The position numbers were made by a program, and so were the translations under genes. DNA of 64,000 bases from Felis catus (lineage: Eukaryota), in assembly GCF_018350175.1 (NCBI RefSeq), contig NC_058368.1:51027815-51091814 (forward strand). The letters run 5' to 3'. The notes beneath the pieces are model-generated. The model worked only from the letters and a program-made list of their open reading frames with translations, searched no databases and was not told where the DNA came from. Below, one piece after another: positions 13,700 through 26,848 of this stretch. Every line of letters starts with the position of its first letter. The stretch's first letter is position 1.

Positions 13700-14025
13700 C
13701 CCTTCTTCACCATCTGCAAAGCCCTTTCTCTTCTTTTTGCCTAAAAAGCAGCATTCTCATTTCTCAAAGTCCCCATTGGGCCTCTCTTCTCCAAAATGTT
13801 CGCAGATCTCCCCAGCCCTAGGGTTCTTGCCTGCCTCTAATTTTATAGCACTTGTCTAGCTACACATTCATCCAACATCGCGGCTATTCCTGTTTTATTA
13901 TTCAACCTTTATTTTGCCCTTAACTTTCCAAGTACTTCTGCCTTGTCTCCCCCACTAGCCCATCACTTACCCGCCTTTGTACCTGCCATGGGACTTCGCA
14001 CTAATAGATTCAACAAATATTTGGT
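13700..14025 (+). mobile_element. L2 3' fragment
   Basis: CTTGTCTCCCCCACTAG...TTCAACAAATATTTG typical of L2 end. Confidence 0.5.
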
Positions 14026-14599
14026 GTTTGGCTTTGACTTAGATCTCTGATGGCACACTACATGATATATGAAACCTATAAATCTGAGTCTAGAAACTAG
14101 TAAAAAATTTACAACATCTAAGCTTGGCTGGTATTAAAACTCCCAATATGCTGAACACAGGAGTTGCAGAATAACATGCTGTATAAATAGATACTGGACT
14201 ATTTTAAATAACTTGAGAAAGTAAATATCAAAAAATGAAAGCAAGAGAACACAATTATCAGGTATCAGCTAACAACGTAAGTAGACATATTTTATATCGT
14301 TGCTGCTAACGACATCTAACGAAATATAGTCCTTTAGCTACCAATAGCCGCCATTGACCAAAATGCACTGGTGACCAACCCCCAGGCCCGTGATGTGAAA
14401 ATAAAAGTATACAAGGCTCCTGAATATAGTGATTCCACCAGGGTACAGGCAGTCCTGAAACTCACTTCATTCCACTCCTCCACAAATGACCCCATACATT
14501 GCAGCAGGAAAATTCAGGGGTGTTTTAATTTTCTTTTTTTTTTTCAGAGTCCAGTTTTTTTTTTTCTATTTCTTTTTCATAAAGTCCAGACGAAGACAG

Positions 14600-15030
14600 G
14601 TCCTTCCAGCAAGCCGTTCACAGTCTTAGTGGGAGGAGTCACAAACAGATCATTTTAACACCATGTGGAGCACACAGTACTAGAGCAGAAACACAGAGGG
14701 CATTATTGGAACACAAGGAAGGGCTGCCTAACTCAACCTGAAGCAATCAAGGAGGGCTCTCTGGAGGTGGTGATGCCTAAGCTGAGCCTTAGAGTTCGAA
14801 AAGGCATTAACCGAGTGAAAGATGAGAATGGATATTCCAGCCAGGGGGAAGCACGTAAGGAGAGGGAAGAGGTAACCGGTATCATGGTGTGTGGAAGGAG
14901 CTCAGACAGTTCTGCATTATAAGAGGCAGGAAGTGAGGAGGTTCCCTTCACAGGGGCAGTGACCACTTGGTAGCTGATAGCTTGGGTTCAAAAGACCTTG
15001 GACTTTATCCTAAGGGCAAAATGGAGAATG
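14600..15030 (-). mobile_element. L2 fragment
   Basis: TTCACAGTCTTAGTGGGAG...ATCAAGGAGGGCTCTCTGGAGGTGGTGATGCCTAAGCTGAG...TTGGACTTTATCCTAAGGGCA. Confidence 0.7.
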
Positions 15031-15578
15031 GTTAGGCTTGAAAGACTTCCTGCACTTTCCAAGATCTAATGCGAAAAGTAAGACCAGCTTAGATCCTACG
15101 TCAACCTGATACATTAAGTGCCACAGAATCCTTGTCAACATGGCTACGAGACATGGATTCAAACATTTCTTGGACCATCTCTATAGATGGATAATGGAGA
15201 AAATGATCTGAGATAAATCCCTTCTAGCCCAGATTTTACTTTCCAGTTCTAAACGGCCAACAAAACAATGGACCTATGATACAGGCCTGTCCTTCTGCAG
15301 GTACTAACCCATACTGCAGGGCAATACCACAGTGTTATCAAGGTATGGTAATAAAATAAAAAGAGCCATAGAATTAAAGAAGAACTGAGGACAGGAGCCT
15401 GATTCTTCTCACCCCTAGCTAACATCTCTTTTCAGCCAACTACACTCCTTCTCCAATTATTGCTCACGTCAGGCATATGTGTATGTTTATTATTTCTTAT
15501 TCTTAGTGTTTTAATTTAAAATACTTAGGTTTTTTTTTTATTTGCAACCAACCGCTTGAGTTATTTGCTTTATACTTA

Positions 15579-15581
<3 letters not shown>

Positions 15582-15633
<52 letters not shown>

Positions 15634-15640
15634 ACATACA
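15582..15640. repeat. (CA)n microsatellite
   Basis: Direct reading. Confidence 0.97.
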
Positions 15641-16204
15641 CCACCCATACAGATTTTTATCCATCTTGATAGGTGAGAAGCTGGTTGATTTGAATGTTGG
15701 CATTTTGTGAAATTTTGCCTCTGTATAAAAAGTAAATTGTTTAGTCTAGATTTTCAAAACCATTAGCACAGAAGAAAAACACCAGCAGGAAGTAATTCTG
15801 TTTGGCTCCTACAGGTGACAAAATAAATTATATCCAAAGTTACACATAAGCTGGAATCATTCAATTGCCTGCCTTTAAAATATGTCATGTCTCCAACCTG
15901 AACCCCGCATACTGATGGCTCCTATTATAGGCCAGACTTTTCAAAATGGGTGAAACTGAACAAACACAGCCCTCTTCTGCCAACCGCCCGGAACATGGGT
16001 ACATCTCATCCTCCCATCTCACCTGTGAGGGTATTTGTTTTTCTAGCAGTGATTCTACTTTTTGGAGATGGGGCAAATGTGCATATTTATGTTGTTTTTC
16101 ATCTTTTCAGGACTGTGGCATTAAGTAATCATTAGGATAAATAACAGTGATGACTAAACTCAGAGTAATGTTAAAGAGGTAGGTGTGATACTTAAGAAAG
16201 ATAA

Positions 16205-16445
16205 AAAGCGAGTGGTAAATCGCATGAGCCCTGGAGCCAGACTGCAGAGCGTGACTGTTGGTTTCCCCGCTCACCAGCTAGATGGCTGTTTAAAGGTCCC
16301 AGTTACCCAATGTGTAAAATGGGAACAATAATGCCTGTTTCTATCTCATAGTGTTGGTGGCAAGTTTTTTAAAAAGTAATTTATATACAGCATTTAAATT
16401 AGAGCTCAGCACATAGGAAGCTGCATGCATTAGGTATTATTAGTC
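16205..16445 (+). mobile_element. MIR
   Basis: CTGGAGCCAGACTGC...TGTAAAATGGGAACAATAAT...GCACATAGGAAGC. Confidence 0.75.
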
Positions 16446-16446
16446 C

Positions 16447-16484
<38 letters not shown>
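16447..16484. repeat. (CAT)n microsatellite at MIR tail
   Basis: Direct reading. Confidence 0.95.
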
Positions 16485-16485
<1 letters not shown>

Positions 16486-18544
16486 TATAAGGCACCACAG
16501 TCTATTAATCTCACTAATTCTCAGAAAAAAGTGTCATGGACTATCACAGGATATTTCATATTTACACACCCCTCCTTTTCCAGCACTTCGAGGAGTGTTT
16601 GGAATACACAAGAAAAAAAAGAAAGAAAGAAAACTCATCTCAAGAGATTTTATTTCAAAGATTAGTTAGCAGGAAAGAACGATGAAGCAGATGCCCTCTT
16701 CCCGGGGTCCTCTCCCAGCTTGGAATGTCCACATGACACAATGCAGCGGGAAAGGGCTTCTCCCTTCTTCCTGCTGAAATGATGGCTGGGCTGCAGGAAT
16801 TTTTCTTGGCCAGTGAAGGAAATCCCAAAAGAATCAAAGACATCAGTACTAACATGATCGGGCCCCTGAACCAGTGCCAGGAACCAGTGCCAGCAACAAC
16901 TCACCTACAGATTCTTCTCTGTGTGTGAAAAATAAACCTTTACAATTAAGACAGAATATTCAGATTTTCTAATACACATAGCCAAATGTATCCCTGACTG
17001 ATACATGTACAGAGTCTGCATTGCTCGAGACTAATGGAGAGGTATCAGTCTGCACCAATCAGATTCAGCCATTGCCACTAATGGGTGGCAAATTCTTTTC
17101 CTATAGCAAAACAGGTCTTTGGTGCTGGTGCTTCTACATGTTCAGCTTTCCTCCTGGGCCAGCATGTGCTGAATCCTGGAAATATCCAGGAAGCCCTTCC
17201 TTCCAGTTCTCCTCCCTTCCATCCTCAGATACTGCCCCACTTCCTGCCACCCACTCTGTAGGCTGTCTACTTCCGGCCTTCCACGAAGCCACATTCTGGA
17301 ACCAATGTACCTGTTACTGCTGCACTCGTTATCCTTGACACGAACATCACAGTGTTACCTAGGAGGGAGGCACACATCTCCCCATCACTTCTCCCTCTAC
17401 CATATCAGTTTTACTACAGTGGCTGGTTTTTCCAGTCCCCGGTGGTTTTCAAAAGGCCCTCCTGCCTAGCGAATCCTCAGTCCCTTCCTGCTCTCTGCTA
17501 AAGTCTATTACAGCTATAGACACAGTAAAATTGATAAAATCTGCACAGCTTGTGAATGGTGTTTTGGAGGAGTGTTTCCAATCATCCTTTCATGTTATTG
17601 TTATTTAGACAATCAAATTGCTCACTGAAATTAATATATTATTAAACTAGTATTAAATTGTCTATGGACTTATTTAAGATGGCACTTCTTCAGATCTAAA
17701 ATTATTCAACCAGTTCAATAAAAAAAGAAAGAAAAGGAGAGAGAAAAAGAGAGAAAGAACGAATGAACAAACGAACCAGAACCCAGACGAAGCGACTGAT
17801 AAATTTTTCTTCATAAAATTAGTACATAGTCTGGAAACAAAGGTTTGTCTGTTTAATATCATATAAAAAATTGTAGTGATCGTGGCTAAACAATAGTGTC
17901 AGTAAATAGCGTCTAGATAAGACTGGGGGAAAAAAAAAAGAAACTATATTCTTGCTGCCGGCAGAAAGATAAATTTTGTTGGCCTTTGAAAGCCAGGGGA
18001 TTAACTAGCGTTTGGAGGGAGATGCTTTGAAAGATACAGAACCTGTCATATTTTCTGCTCCATGAACTAAACATAAACACTCAGAAGGCTGTTATGGGTG
18101 TATTACAGCTGTCTACCAACAGATGAGGCTTTTGAGGTTGTGAGCCCAAGGAACAGCAAACACCATTCTGCGTTTAATAAGCCATATACCCTCTAGCACT
18201 GAGATTACCCCTGACAGGGAGTTAAAATTTAGAAATAACTAGTTCTTCCAAGTCATGGAGGTGTAACATAGGATCCTGTGATTGTAAATAAATTACATAG
18301 ATTGTGAAGGAAGTAATTGGGAGAAACGTTTTTTTTTTTTTTTTTAATTCACTAGAATTTACAAATGGGGGAAGGGGGTAGAAGGCTGATACTGAATACT
18401 GATAAAGTATGCAAATCATCCAAATGACTGTTTGAAAATGATTTATGCCACAGGGGACACAAAACAATATATTTGTTTTCTAACAAAACGTGCATATGTG
18501 AATCAAGTTGAATCAGAAACTCTTCCCAGATAAGAAAAACTTTA

Positions 18545-18761
18545 GGGGCATCTGGGTGGCTCAGTGGGTTAAGCGTCCGACTTTGGCTCAGGTCATGATC
18601 TCATGGTTCTTGGGTTCAAGACCCATGTCAGGCTCTGAGAGCCTGGAGCCTGCTTGGGATTCTGTGCCTCTATCTCTCTCTGCCCCTCCCCCACGTGCAC
18701 TCTGTGTCTCTCTGTCTCTCAAAAATGAATAAACATGAAAAAAAAATTTTAATTAAAAAAT
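18545..18761 (+). mobile_element. CanSINE
   Basis: Full body; TSD GAAAAACTTTA. Confidence 0.95.
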
Positions 18762-18899
18762 GAAAAACTTTAAATTATAATAATAATAAACATAAAAGTC
18801 ATTTTCAGGCAACAGCTCAATAATATACTGGGAGTAGAGCCACCACATATATAATTCAAGTATAATATAATCCCCAAGATACATATTCCCAAAATAAAG

Positions 18900-19130
18900 A
18901 GGCAGAGAGCTTGGGTGGGGATCTGGCTCTTGCTGTGTTACTCTTTCTGTGCAACTAACTTAACATCTCTGGGCCTCACTATCCATATCTATAAAAAGTG
19001 GGTAATAACTAACTTACAGGGTTGTTAAAATAAGTGAAATGGTTGATATTTATACAGTGTTTAGAACAGTTCTGGATACATCATAAGTGATATGTAAGTA
19101 CAAATAACAAATAATAACAGCTGAGTAGTT
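18900..19130 (+). mobile_element. MIR
   Basis: ACTTAACATCTCTGGGCCTCA...ATCTATAAAAAGTGGGTAATAA...CAGGGTTGTT. Confidence 0.7.
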
Positions 19131-19243
19131 TACCTGACGGGACAAATTTAAACTCATCAGTCAGTGGAAGGAACCACTGAAGCCTCCAGGCCAACCTCTT
19201 ATCCAAACTAATCTCTTCTCTCACACAAAAATCCTCTAAAAAC

Positions 19244-19421
19244 AAGTTACAGAGAGGGAAGGAGGCAAACCAGAAGAGACTCTTAAATACTGAGAACAAA
19301 CTGAGGGTTGATGGGGGAGAGGGGAAAGCAGGTGATGGGCAATGAGGAGGGCACTTGTTAGGATGAGCACTGGGCGTTGTATGGAAACCAATTTGACAAT
19401 AAATTATATTTAATAAAAAAA
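19244..19421 (+). mobile_element. 5'-truncated carnivore/felid L1 (3' UTR end only)
   Basis: GAGACTCTTAAATACTGAGAACAAACTGAGGGTTGATGGG...GATGAGCACTGGGCGTTGTATGGAAACCAATTTGACAATAAA + A tail; TSD TCCTCTAAAAACA on both sides. Confidence 0.9.
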
Positions 19422-20373
19422 CAGTCCTCTAAAAACAAAGGAACCTTTGACACACTGTGAGGAAGAGGACACTGCCTCTCTGTAATTCCCACCTCGAATC
19501 CTAAACCTAAAACAATAGCAGATCACCCCAAGCCAGCTTCCAAACGGCAACACATCACACTCTTTAAGGGGCTGTCACTGCCTTTTCTGCCTTCTTTTCT
19601 TCAAGCTGAGCATCCTCTATATCTTCATCCTTTACGATTTTGATGGGGCCCCAGTACCTCCACCGTCTCCAACACCTGCCTTTACAGGCACTAAGTCTGT
19701 CAGGTCCCTTGGAAAAATGGGGCAGGGTGTCCCCAGGTGTGGTCTGTGTGGCATAGTTGACCATCTCTCCTGGATCCTGATTTCTGGTAAACTGAGGCTC
19801 AGATCACATGCCCATTTTTGGACGTCCATGTTACCCTATTGCCTTGTACTTAGCTTTCAGCTAATAAAACTAGCCTCTTGATCTGCTGAAAAGCCAGAGC
19901 ACTGAGCTCTATCCCTATATTGACATTTTAAGCCTAAACTCAAAACTGTCTGTTTATCCTGATTAATCAACCCTACTTTATTATTAATCAGGACAAATGT
20001 GTGTGCACATGGAATCTTAGTACACCAAATCAGATTTTAAATGCCCAGAGGAAATTAGGGTTTGTTTTCTTTTAACAGAAATATTATAATGAACATTTTG
20101 TAAAGCAGATAACTATCCTCCATTTGATTTTTTTATGTAAATATCTACTAACATATTATAGCTGCCTACAGCAGGATACAAATATATTAAGCCTTGGATT
20201 ATACCATATTATGTTATTACAACCGATCTGCCTTCCTGTAACTTTGATTAGGCTAATACTAAAATCAGTTTATTTTCCCTGAATTTACTGAAACCAGAAG
20301 ATTAACATACAGAAGACAGAGCCAGGAGGCCACAGACCGAAAAACTACATCCAGGTCTAAAATGTCCATAAGG

Positions 20374-20400
20374 CGAAAAATAAAAATGAAAATAAATAAA
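20374..20400 (+). mobile_element. Tail-only retrotransposon insertion
   Basis: 27-bp A-rich insert between perfect 16-bp direct repeats TAAAATGTCCATAAGG (20358-20373, 20401-20416). Confidence 0.7.
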
Positions 20401-21399
20401 TAAAATGTCCATAAGGTGTACAATCCTCACATGGCAAACCAAATGTTGATTCTTTGGTTTAAAAGTTTCCTCTCATCCCTTTTATATAAACGAAATAATA
20501 TTATGAAAACAGAAACATTAGCGTTGACCCTTTCCCATTTGTTCAGTTTCCATTTAATATGATTCTTCATCTTTAGGCAAAGCCTTTTACAGGCCGACCC
20601 TAATTTACCTCTTTTGTTTCATTTCTGGTAAGACTCCATCACTGTCACCCTAAACTTTCACCGGCCCCACCCACCTGTACACTCAACTCCACCCATTTTT
20701 CCAAACCACTCTTGACAAAGGAGGCAGTAGGTAAGATCTGAAATCAATCCTATGGTAAAACAACCAATATCTAATGTGCCTGGGTGACCTCTGGGAACCA
20801 GAGCTGGGATGGGCCCTTCTCTGATACTTAACTCTTTCCCACACCTCTGAGCACACTATGTGTGGCCTTCTAACTCGGTTTCTGACTGCACCTTCCACCC
20901 CATTACTGAGACTGAGGGTCTTCCCTATGCCCAGACACTTAACTGAGGCCTGACAACTTTCCCAGCCCACTTCCAGATCAGTTACCACTTGAGACCCTGC
21001 CATAAACCAGAGAGACCTCAGAACACCCTCTGGCCACCGTCCACTAGACTTTCAGTATCAGTTCTCCTGCCCAAAGACCTCCCACCACATTGGAGAATTG
21101 GCCCAGATTTACCATGGGTCTTTTGACATCACGATTTGGGCTGCTGATGCTAAAGAGAAGCTTAAAGAAGAAATAGGCAAACGCACGTATAAATAAAGAA
21201 AGCTTCCATTTCTTTTGACGAGGTATAAAAGGAGTCTCATATAAATGAAGATAACAGGCCATGTTCCTGGGTGTAACAAGGAGTCAAGGCCAGGAAGCAC
21301 TGAAAACCCAGGTGAATCCATTAAAACTTTAGCGGCACCAATCTGCTAGCGGGTCGATTTTCTAATCAGAAAGACTCTGGTGTAGAAGACCAATGGTTG

Positions 21400-21820
21400 G
21401 ATTCACTCAGGCTTGATGTTTTGCCAAGCAGACATGAGAGGAGGACATGGGAACAAGAGCTGATGGTCTCAAAAGAGAGACTGGGGTGATGGGGAAAGAA
21501 CTGAATATAGAATGTGGATGACAGACCAAGAAAATGTAGAGGAATCGAGAATGTGGAAAGCCTAACAAAACAAAGTGCTAGAAGCTCTTTGGTGGAGGTT
21601 ATGTCCAGAAAGAGGAACTCTGGATGTGAGATTTCAGTGATGAAGTGTGGAAAATGACAAAATGCATCATTATGGCTGTTGAAGGACTTGAAGGGGGAGA
21701 CGAGGGGAAAGCTGTCAGAGAAAAGTAGGTCGAAACCCTGAGAAGCTGTGTCCTTCAAGTAGATCTGGATCAGAAGGACCAAAGCCACATGGCAAAGTGG
21801 AACCCCTCTTAGCATGGTTG
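21400..21820 (-). mobile_element. Probable degenerate L2 internal fragment
   Basis: Purine-rich strand with L2-like text; no convincing ORF homology. Confidence 0.35.
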
Positions 21821-22263
21821 GGGAGCTAACTTATTGAGGACAATCAATTAGACACGGAGCAGAAAAAAGAAACCTGAACTGTCTTTAATTCTTCCATTTC
21901 TAAAGTTGAGGATGAGTAGATAAAAGGAATCCTCAGTGTAAATTTTCTGTTTGATTCTATAAATACAAATGTAACTTCACCAAGAAAAGTTATGAAGCAT
22001 AATTCCCTGGTAGGAATAGTACCATTCTGGGTGATATGATACCACAGCATGAGTTTTCAGGGATCTATATTTCAACATTAATGAAATCGAACCCATCCCA
22101 AAGTTACCTTTAAGCATGGCAAAAAATGAACTCAGGGGATAACTATTAAAACTTAAAACAGAAAAAAAATTACACTTGACACATATTTATTTCATTAGTT
22201 TAGAAAGCTATTTACAAACCATTAAAAGTTGTGATACATACAACTAAAGAGCAATGGCAGAAG

Positions 22264-22497
22264 AGAGGCACCTGGATGGCTCAAGTTGGTTAAGTGGCCC
22301 ATTCTTGGTTTTGGCTCAGGTCATGATCTCACAGTTTCATGGATTCCAGCCCTGCATTGGGCTCCATGCTAATAGTGCAGACCTGCTTGGGATTCTCCGT
22401 CTCCCTCTCTCTCTGCCCCTCCACCACTCACGCTGTCTCTGTCTCTTTCAAAATAAATAAATAAACTTAAAAAAAAGACAGAGAGAGAAAGAAAGAA
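22264..22497 (+). mobile_element. CanSINE
   Basis: Full body; TSD AATGGCAGAA. Confidence 0.93.
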
Positions 22498-22906
22498 ATG
22501 GCAGAAAAAAATGACACGTATTCTGTTAAGGTCAGATCAGTGTCACCATCCACTAATTTATCATGGAGAGCACGAATCTTCATCAACAGTTCTGGAAGAA
22601 CCAGAATTCTTGGCAGGAAATTAATTTTTAACTAAACACTTTTTATATTTGTCTTCCTAGGCGGGCCCCTCTTTTAAACTTGCAGTTGGGTTTATTATTC
22701 ATTTTCTGAGAATCAATTTTTATTCATCCTTGTACACAGAAATTGGGACCTTTAATTGAAACTACAAAAATCTCTAAAAAAATTAATTAATGTAATTGTT
22801 GAGGTCTCATAAACTTTAACAAGTCAATGTTTGATATTGATGTTTGAAATGAGTTTCAGTTTTAAAATTGTAAGTAAAAATTGTGCAAAATAATGAGGAA
22901 GAAAGG

Positions 22907-22911
<5 letters not shown>

Positions 22912-22956
<45 letters not shown>
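22912..22956. repeat. (CA)n microsatellite
   Basis: Direct reading. Confidence 0.97.
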
Positions 22957-22964
<8 letters not shown>

Positions 22965-23439
22965 GTTTCTTTCTTCTAAATCCCAAAGTGACTCAGATGC
23001 TATGGATCACTTTATTTCCAGCTAGCATAAAAGTATGCCAATACTTTCCTCACACTGAAATTTTTGGGAGAGAGTGGGTATCTTTTCTATTGACTTCAAA
23101 AATTTAGGGAAAAAACTGTGGCAGAAAAAGAAAAAAAGCCAGATGAAATGAAAACATATCTTTTTAACAGAACAAAATACACCAAAGAAACAGTTAACAT
23201 GTGTATTATAGGGGGAAAAAATCATACCTTTTTACTTCATGTTTCAGAGATTAATTCAATTATTTAAAAATTTTCCATCAAAGATAACCCTCTCACTTTA
23301 AAATAAGAAAGCTGAGAATAAGTACAACTATAGTTACTTCATGTTTCATTCTCTGAAATACATGCATTAACATAAAGCTACTTTTCAGCTTGACATAGTA
23401 ATGGTTAAACCATCACAGACAAGGATTCTATAACCTAGG

Positions 23440-23648
23440 TTTTTTTTAAATGTTTATTTATTTTTGAGAGAGAGAGACAGAGCACGAGCAGGGTAGGGGC
23501 AGAGAGAGAGGGGGACACAGAATCCGAAGCAGGCTCCAGGCTCTGAGCTGTCAGCACAGAGCCCAATTCGGGGCTTAAACCCACAAACCATGAGACTGTG
23601 ACCTGGGCCGAAGTCAGACGCTTAACCGACTGAGCCACCCAGGCACAC
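23440..23648 (-). mobile_element. CanSINE
   Basis: Reverse body; CTATAA flanks. Confidence 0.95.
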
Positions 23649-26600
23649 CTATAATCTCTCTGTCTTAAGTTGACAACTTAATCTCCAACACTGGCTCTGG
23701 AACACTTGCTGACCAAAATATTTTATGAACTATTCCTGGAATTATCCAAGATAAATAATAAGCGTATCACACTGAGTGATTTTTCTTTTTAGAAGACCAT
23801 GGTAAAATCTTGCAAAGATTCGATTGAACGGTAGTGTCCCTCTGGAGATTAATTTGGCAAAGATGCTATGGCCGGAAAAGTCTTTTTCTGGTGAGATGTA
23901 AGAAAAGATAAAAGCAATAAGTATTCATTTGTCCTTTTCCTCCCTGTGGTGACAATATAAAAAGGGTTTATCTACCTTTCTTCTTGATTGCAGCATTAAT
24001 TTACGATAACGTGTTCCCTTGTAGACGGTCCACTTATAGATGCTTTGGCCCTGGCACCTGTGTTCCTCCAAATTTTTGCTCTGAGAAGAAATACTTCATG
24101 CTCTGAGACGACGTGTCATAAAATAATGTATGCATGGAAAGCGTGAATATGAGTCAGCATTTCTTCCTTTAAAATTGGTCAATCCAGAAGAAGACAAATC
24201 ATTAAAAACCGCCCTAAATATCAAAGGTTTTATTTCAGCAACATATTTTGAGATTCATGACTGAATCAGAGTAGATCATGATGAGAGTTTAAATCAAAAG
24301 GACTATAAAGCACTAACCAAAATGCTGACGACCAAAGAAGAGAGGTGATTGGGTAAATGTCAGCAGAACTACTCACAAACATGTTTTTTTGCTTTTACGA
24401 AAGCTTCAAATACAATGCCATTCTAATTAATTTTATTGATTAAAATGACAGTTTCTCTACATGTCAGAGTAAAAATAATCAAATAGTGTTGCCTTTAAAC
24501 ACTTTGCTTGTTGCCGAGAGGGTATCAATTTATCCCTTTATCCTTGAAACAAGATTAGATTTTCAACCAAAATGTGACTGGCAGAATCATAAAAATTGAA
24601 AAAAAAGTATCCTATTTCCTTTGAAAATATCCTGTCCAGTATTTGCCAGATTCTTAGCTTATGTTTGTTCTTGCATCCACAAAGCCTTTAATCTTGCCTC
24701 TCTTCCTGGAACAAAACCAGGGATCTCAAACAGCAAGACTTTTCTTTCTAAATGCGAAGCTTTGGTGTCAAATCTTAGCCAGAATGTGTGCTCCCATGCA
24801 CGACTACAAATCTGTGGTCAACAGGGTAGAATCATTCTACTGTGACACCACTCGCCCTTTCTCCAAGTTCAGAGCAAACAGATCTTTTTGAGCAAAGTTG
24901 CCACAAACACTGGCTGGGGATAAACCACAAATGCGGACTATTTTTGTAGAACTGATTTTTCTTTCTTTAAACTAGAAATAAACTCCCTTAGAATTTGAAT
25001 ACAAAAATTAAAGAGGTTTTTCTTTTCTTTTTTTAATGTACTTTTTACCCAAATTTTGAAGGAAATCATGCTGGAATAAGACCTGTGAATTTAATATATT
25101 TAACTAGGTAAAATCTGAAAAATATTTTTAATACAACTAGTTTATATTTCCCATGTATTACTTCCTCTCATTTTTCCATACCCACCCCCCCTTTGTCAGT
25201 TTTCTAGTCTTATCCCTTTTGTTCCCTTTATGCCTGTTCTTTGTTAAAGGGAAAGTTTCCATGGTTCAAACTTCTTCCAATTTCTTTTCTCTCTCCGTTT
25301 GATATTTCACAGTAGAACCACATTTGTATATTGCTTGATTTATTTTGCAACAGTTACCACACTCGATTCTCATAAACATCCTATGATACTGTCCTAAAAG
25401 GTACTATATACACCATTCTACACCTACCTGAAATCACATACCTAGTAAGTGGTAACATAGACACCCATAGGAATCTTCCAATTGTCTTCACCCCCTCCAC
25501 GGAGAACCCGCAAGCAGGAACGTCTCTCTTCTTCATCAGCGTGACCTCAACAATTAGCATAGCATATGTTATACATATGTAATTATATATATATGATCAT
25601 TGTAATATACTCGATACATGGAACAAATAAATGACTGAAAGCTAGATCTACTTCTTATATAAGTAGGCGATCTTAGCCTTTTCAAAGTGCTTTTTAAAAT
25701 GTGAACTCCTCTGCTGAGTACATTTTATGAATTGGAAAAATCAATGACTTTGGTCCGTAACTTTATTGACGAAGAAATCATGGCTCAGTAAAACTATAAA
25801 ACTTATCCATAAATAATAGTCAATAGCAGTTCCAAGCTTAGAGCCTACAAAATATCAACTTGAGAAGAATTTTGAATCCCATATGAACCTGTGGGCTACT
25901 CTTTACTCTAAGGTTGCAGTTAGGTGAAGCGAGTTATGGCTAATAATTTTCGTCATTCTGTATAGTCCTGATACTGCATATGTATCGGTGTATGTACGTG
26001 TGCAAGGCTTTTGGGATATGAAGGGAAAGAATCTTACATATTTTTACTAGCTGTCTCTAAGCAGTGAATTGAATTAAACCCAATTATTCAGTTCCTTCTA
26101 AATTCTAAAACACATAATTAAAAGATCAAAGCCTTCTAATAGTATTCAAGCCAAGATAACAGTCCCTACTGATATCACTGTTCTAAATTAACCCTCCTTT
26201 AAATAAAAAATACTCATGACCTGAAGCATTCCTAACATATGACACGTATGTTCACACGTGTGGTGCACACACGCTATTTCTTAAAATAGTCATCAAAACT
26301 CACCGCCCTGCCTTTTGGCCCTCCAGATGGCCCACTGGTTCCGTTCTGACTGAACTCCAAGATTCCCCTTCCCTAATAGCTGGCTGCAGAAGTTGACGCT
26401 GCAGCAGCTGTTCCCCACGGCCAGTGGCAGCATTGCAGGCTTGGGCGTAGCTTTCAGTACAGTGTCTTCAGGCTCTGCCTCTGCCTCCCAGTTTCGTGGC
26501 CATAACCAGTCCTTGATGGTTTAAGCAGAAAGGGGATTATGTATGCAAACATTTAAATGTCATCATCAAAAGAAGATTATTTGAAAGAACAAAAAGTATC

Positions 26601-26848
26601 ATACCGGGTGGGACCTGTGGATCTCAGTTTCTTGGTCTCTGAAGGCAGCAAATAGGCTCATGGAAGAATCTGGTTATTAAGATAAAGAGCATATTCTTTA
26701 TGAGTTATATGTCCATTTATTCAGTTAATGAAGAGTGTAGGATATATAAGGTCTCAATTAAGTGGCCAGGGGCTAAATGGAATTGAAGAAGAAAGAAAGA
26801 AATGGAAGTCACTATTTTAAAGAACTTAAATCAACATTTCCAGATAAT

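Noticed and set aside
19564..19829. ORF ending KDEDIEDAQLEEKKAEKAVTAP
   Set aside because: Short, no recognised homology and no splice or pseudogene hallmarks.
20640..21830. Cluster of minus-strand ORFs (106, 72, 70, 149 aa) and a protein-like plus-strand stretch SFDITIWAADAKEKLKEEIGK, as a possible pseudogene
   Set aside because: No protein family recognised, no poly(A)/TSD, and part looks like degenerate L2. BLASTX would be needed to exclude it fully.
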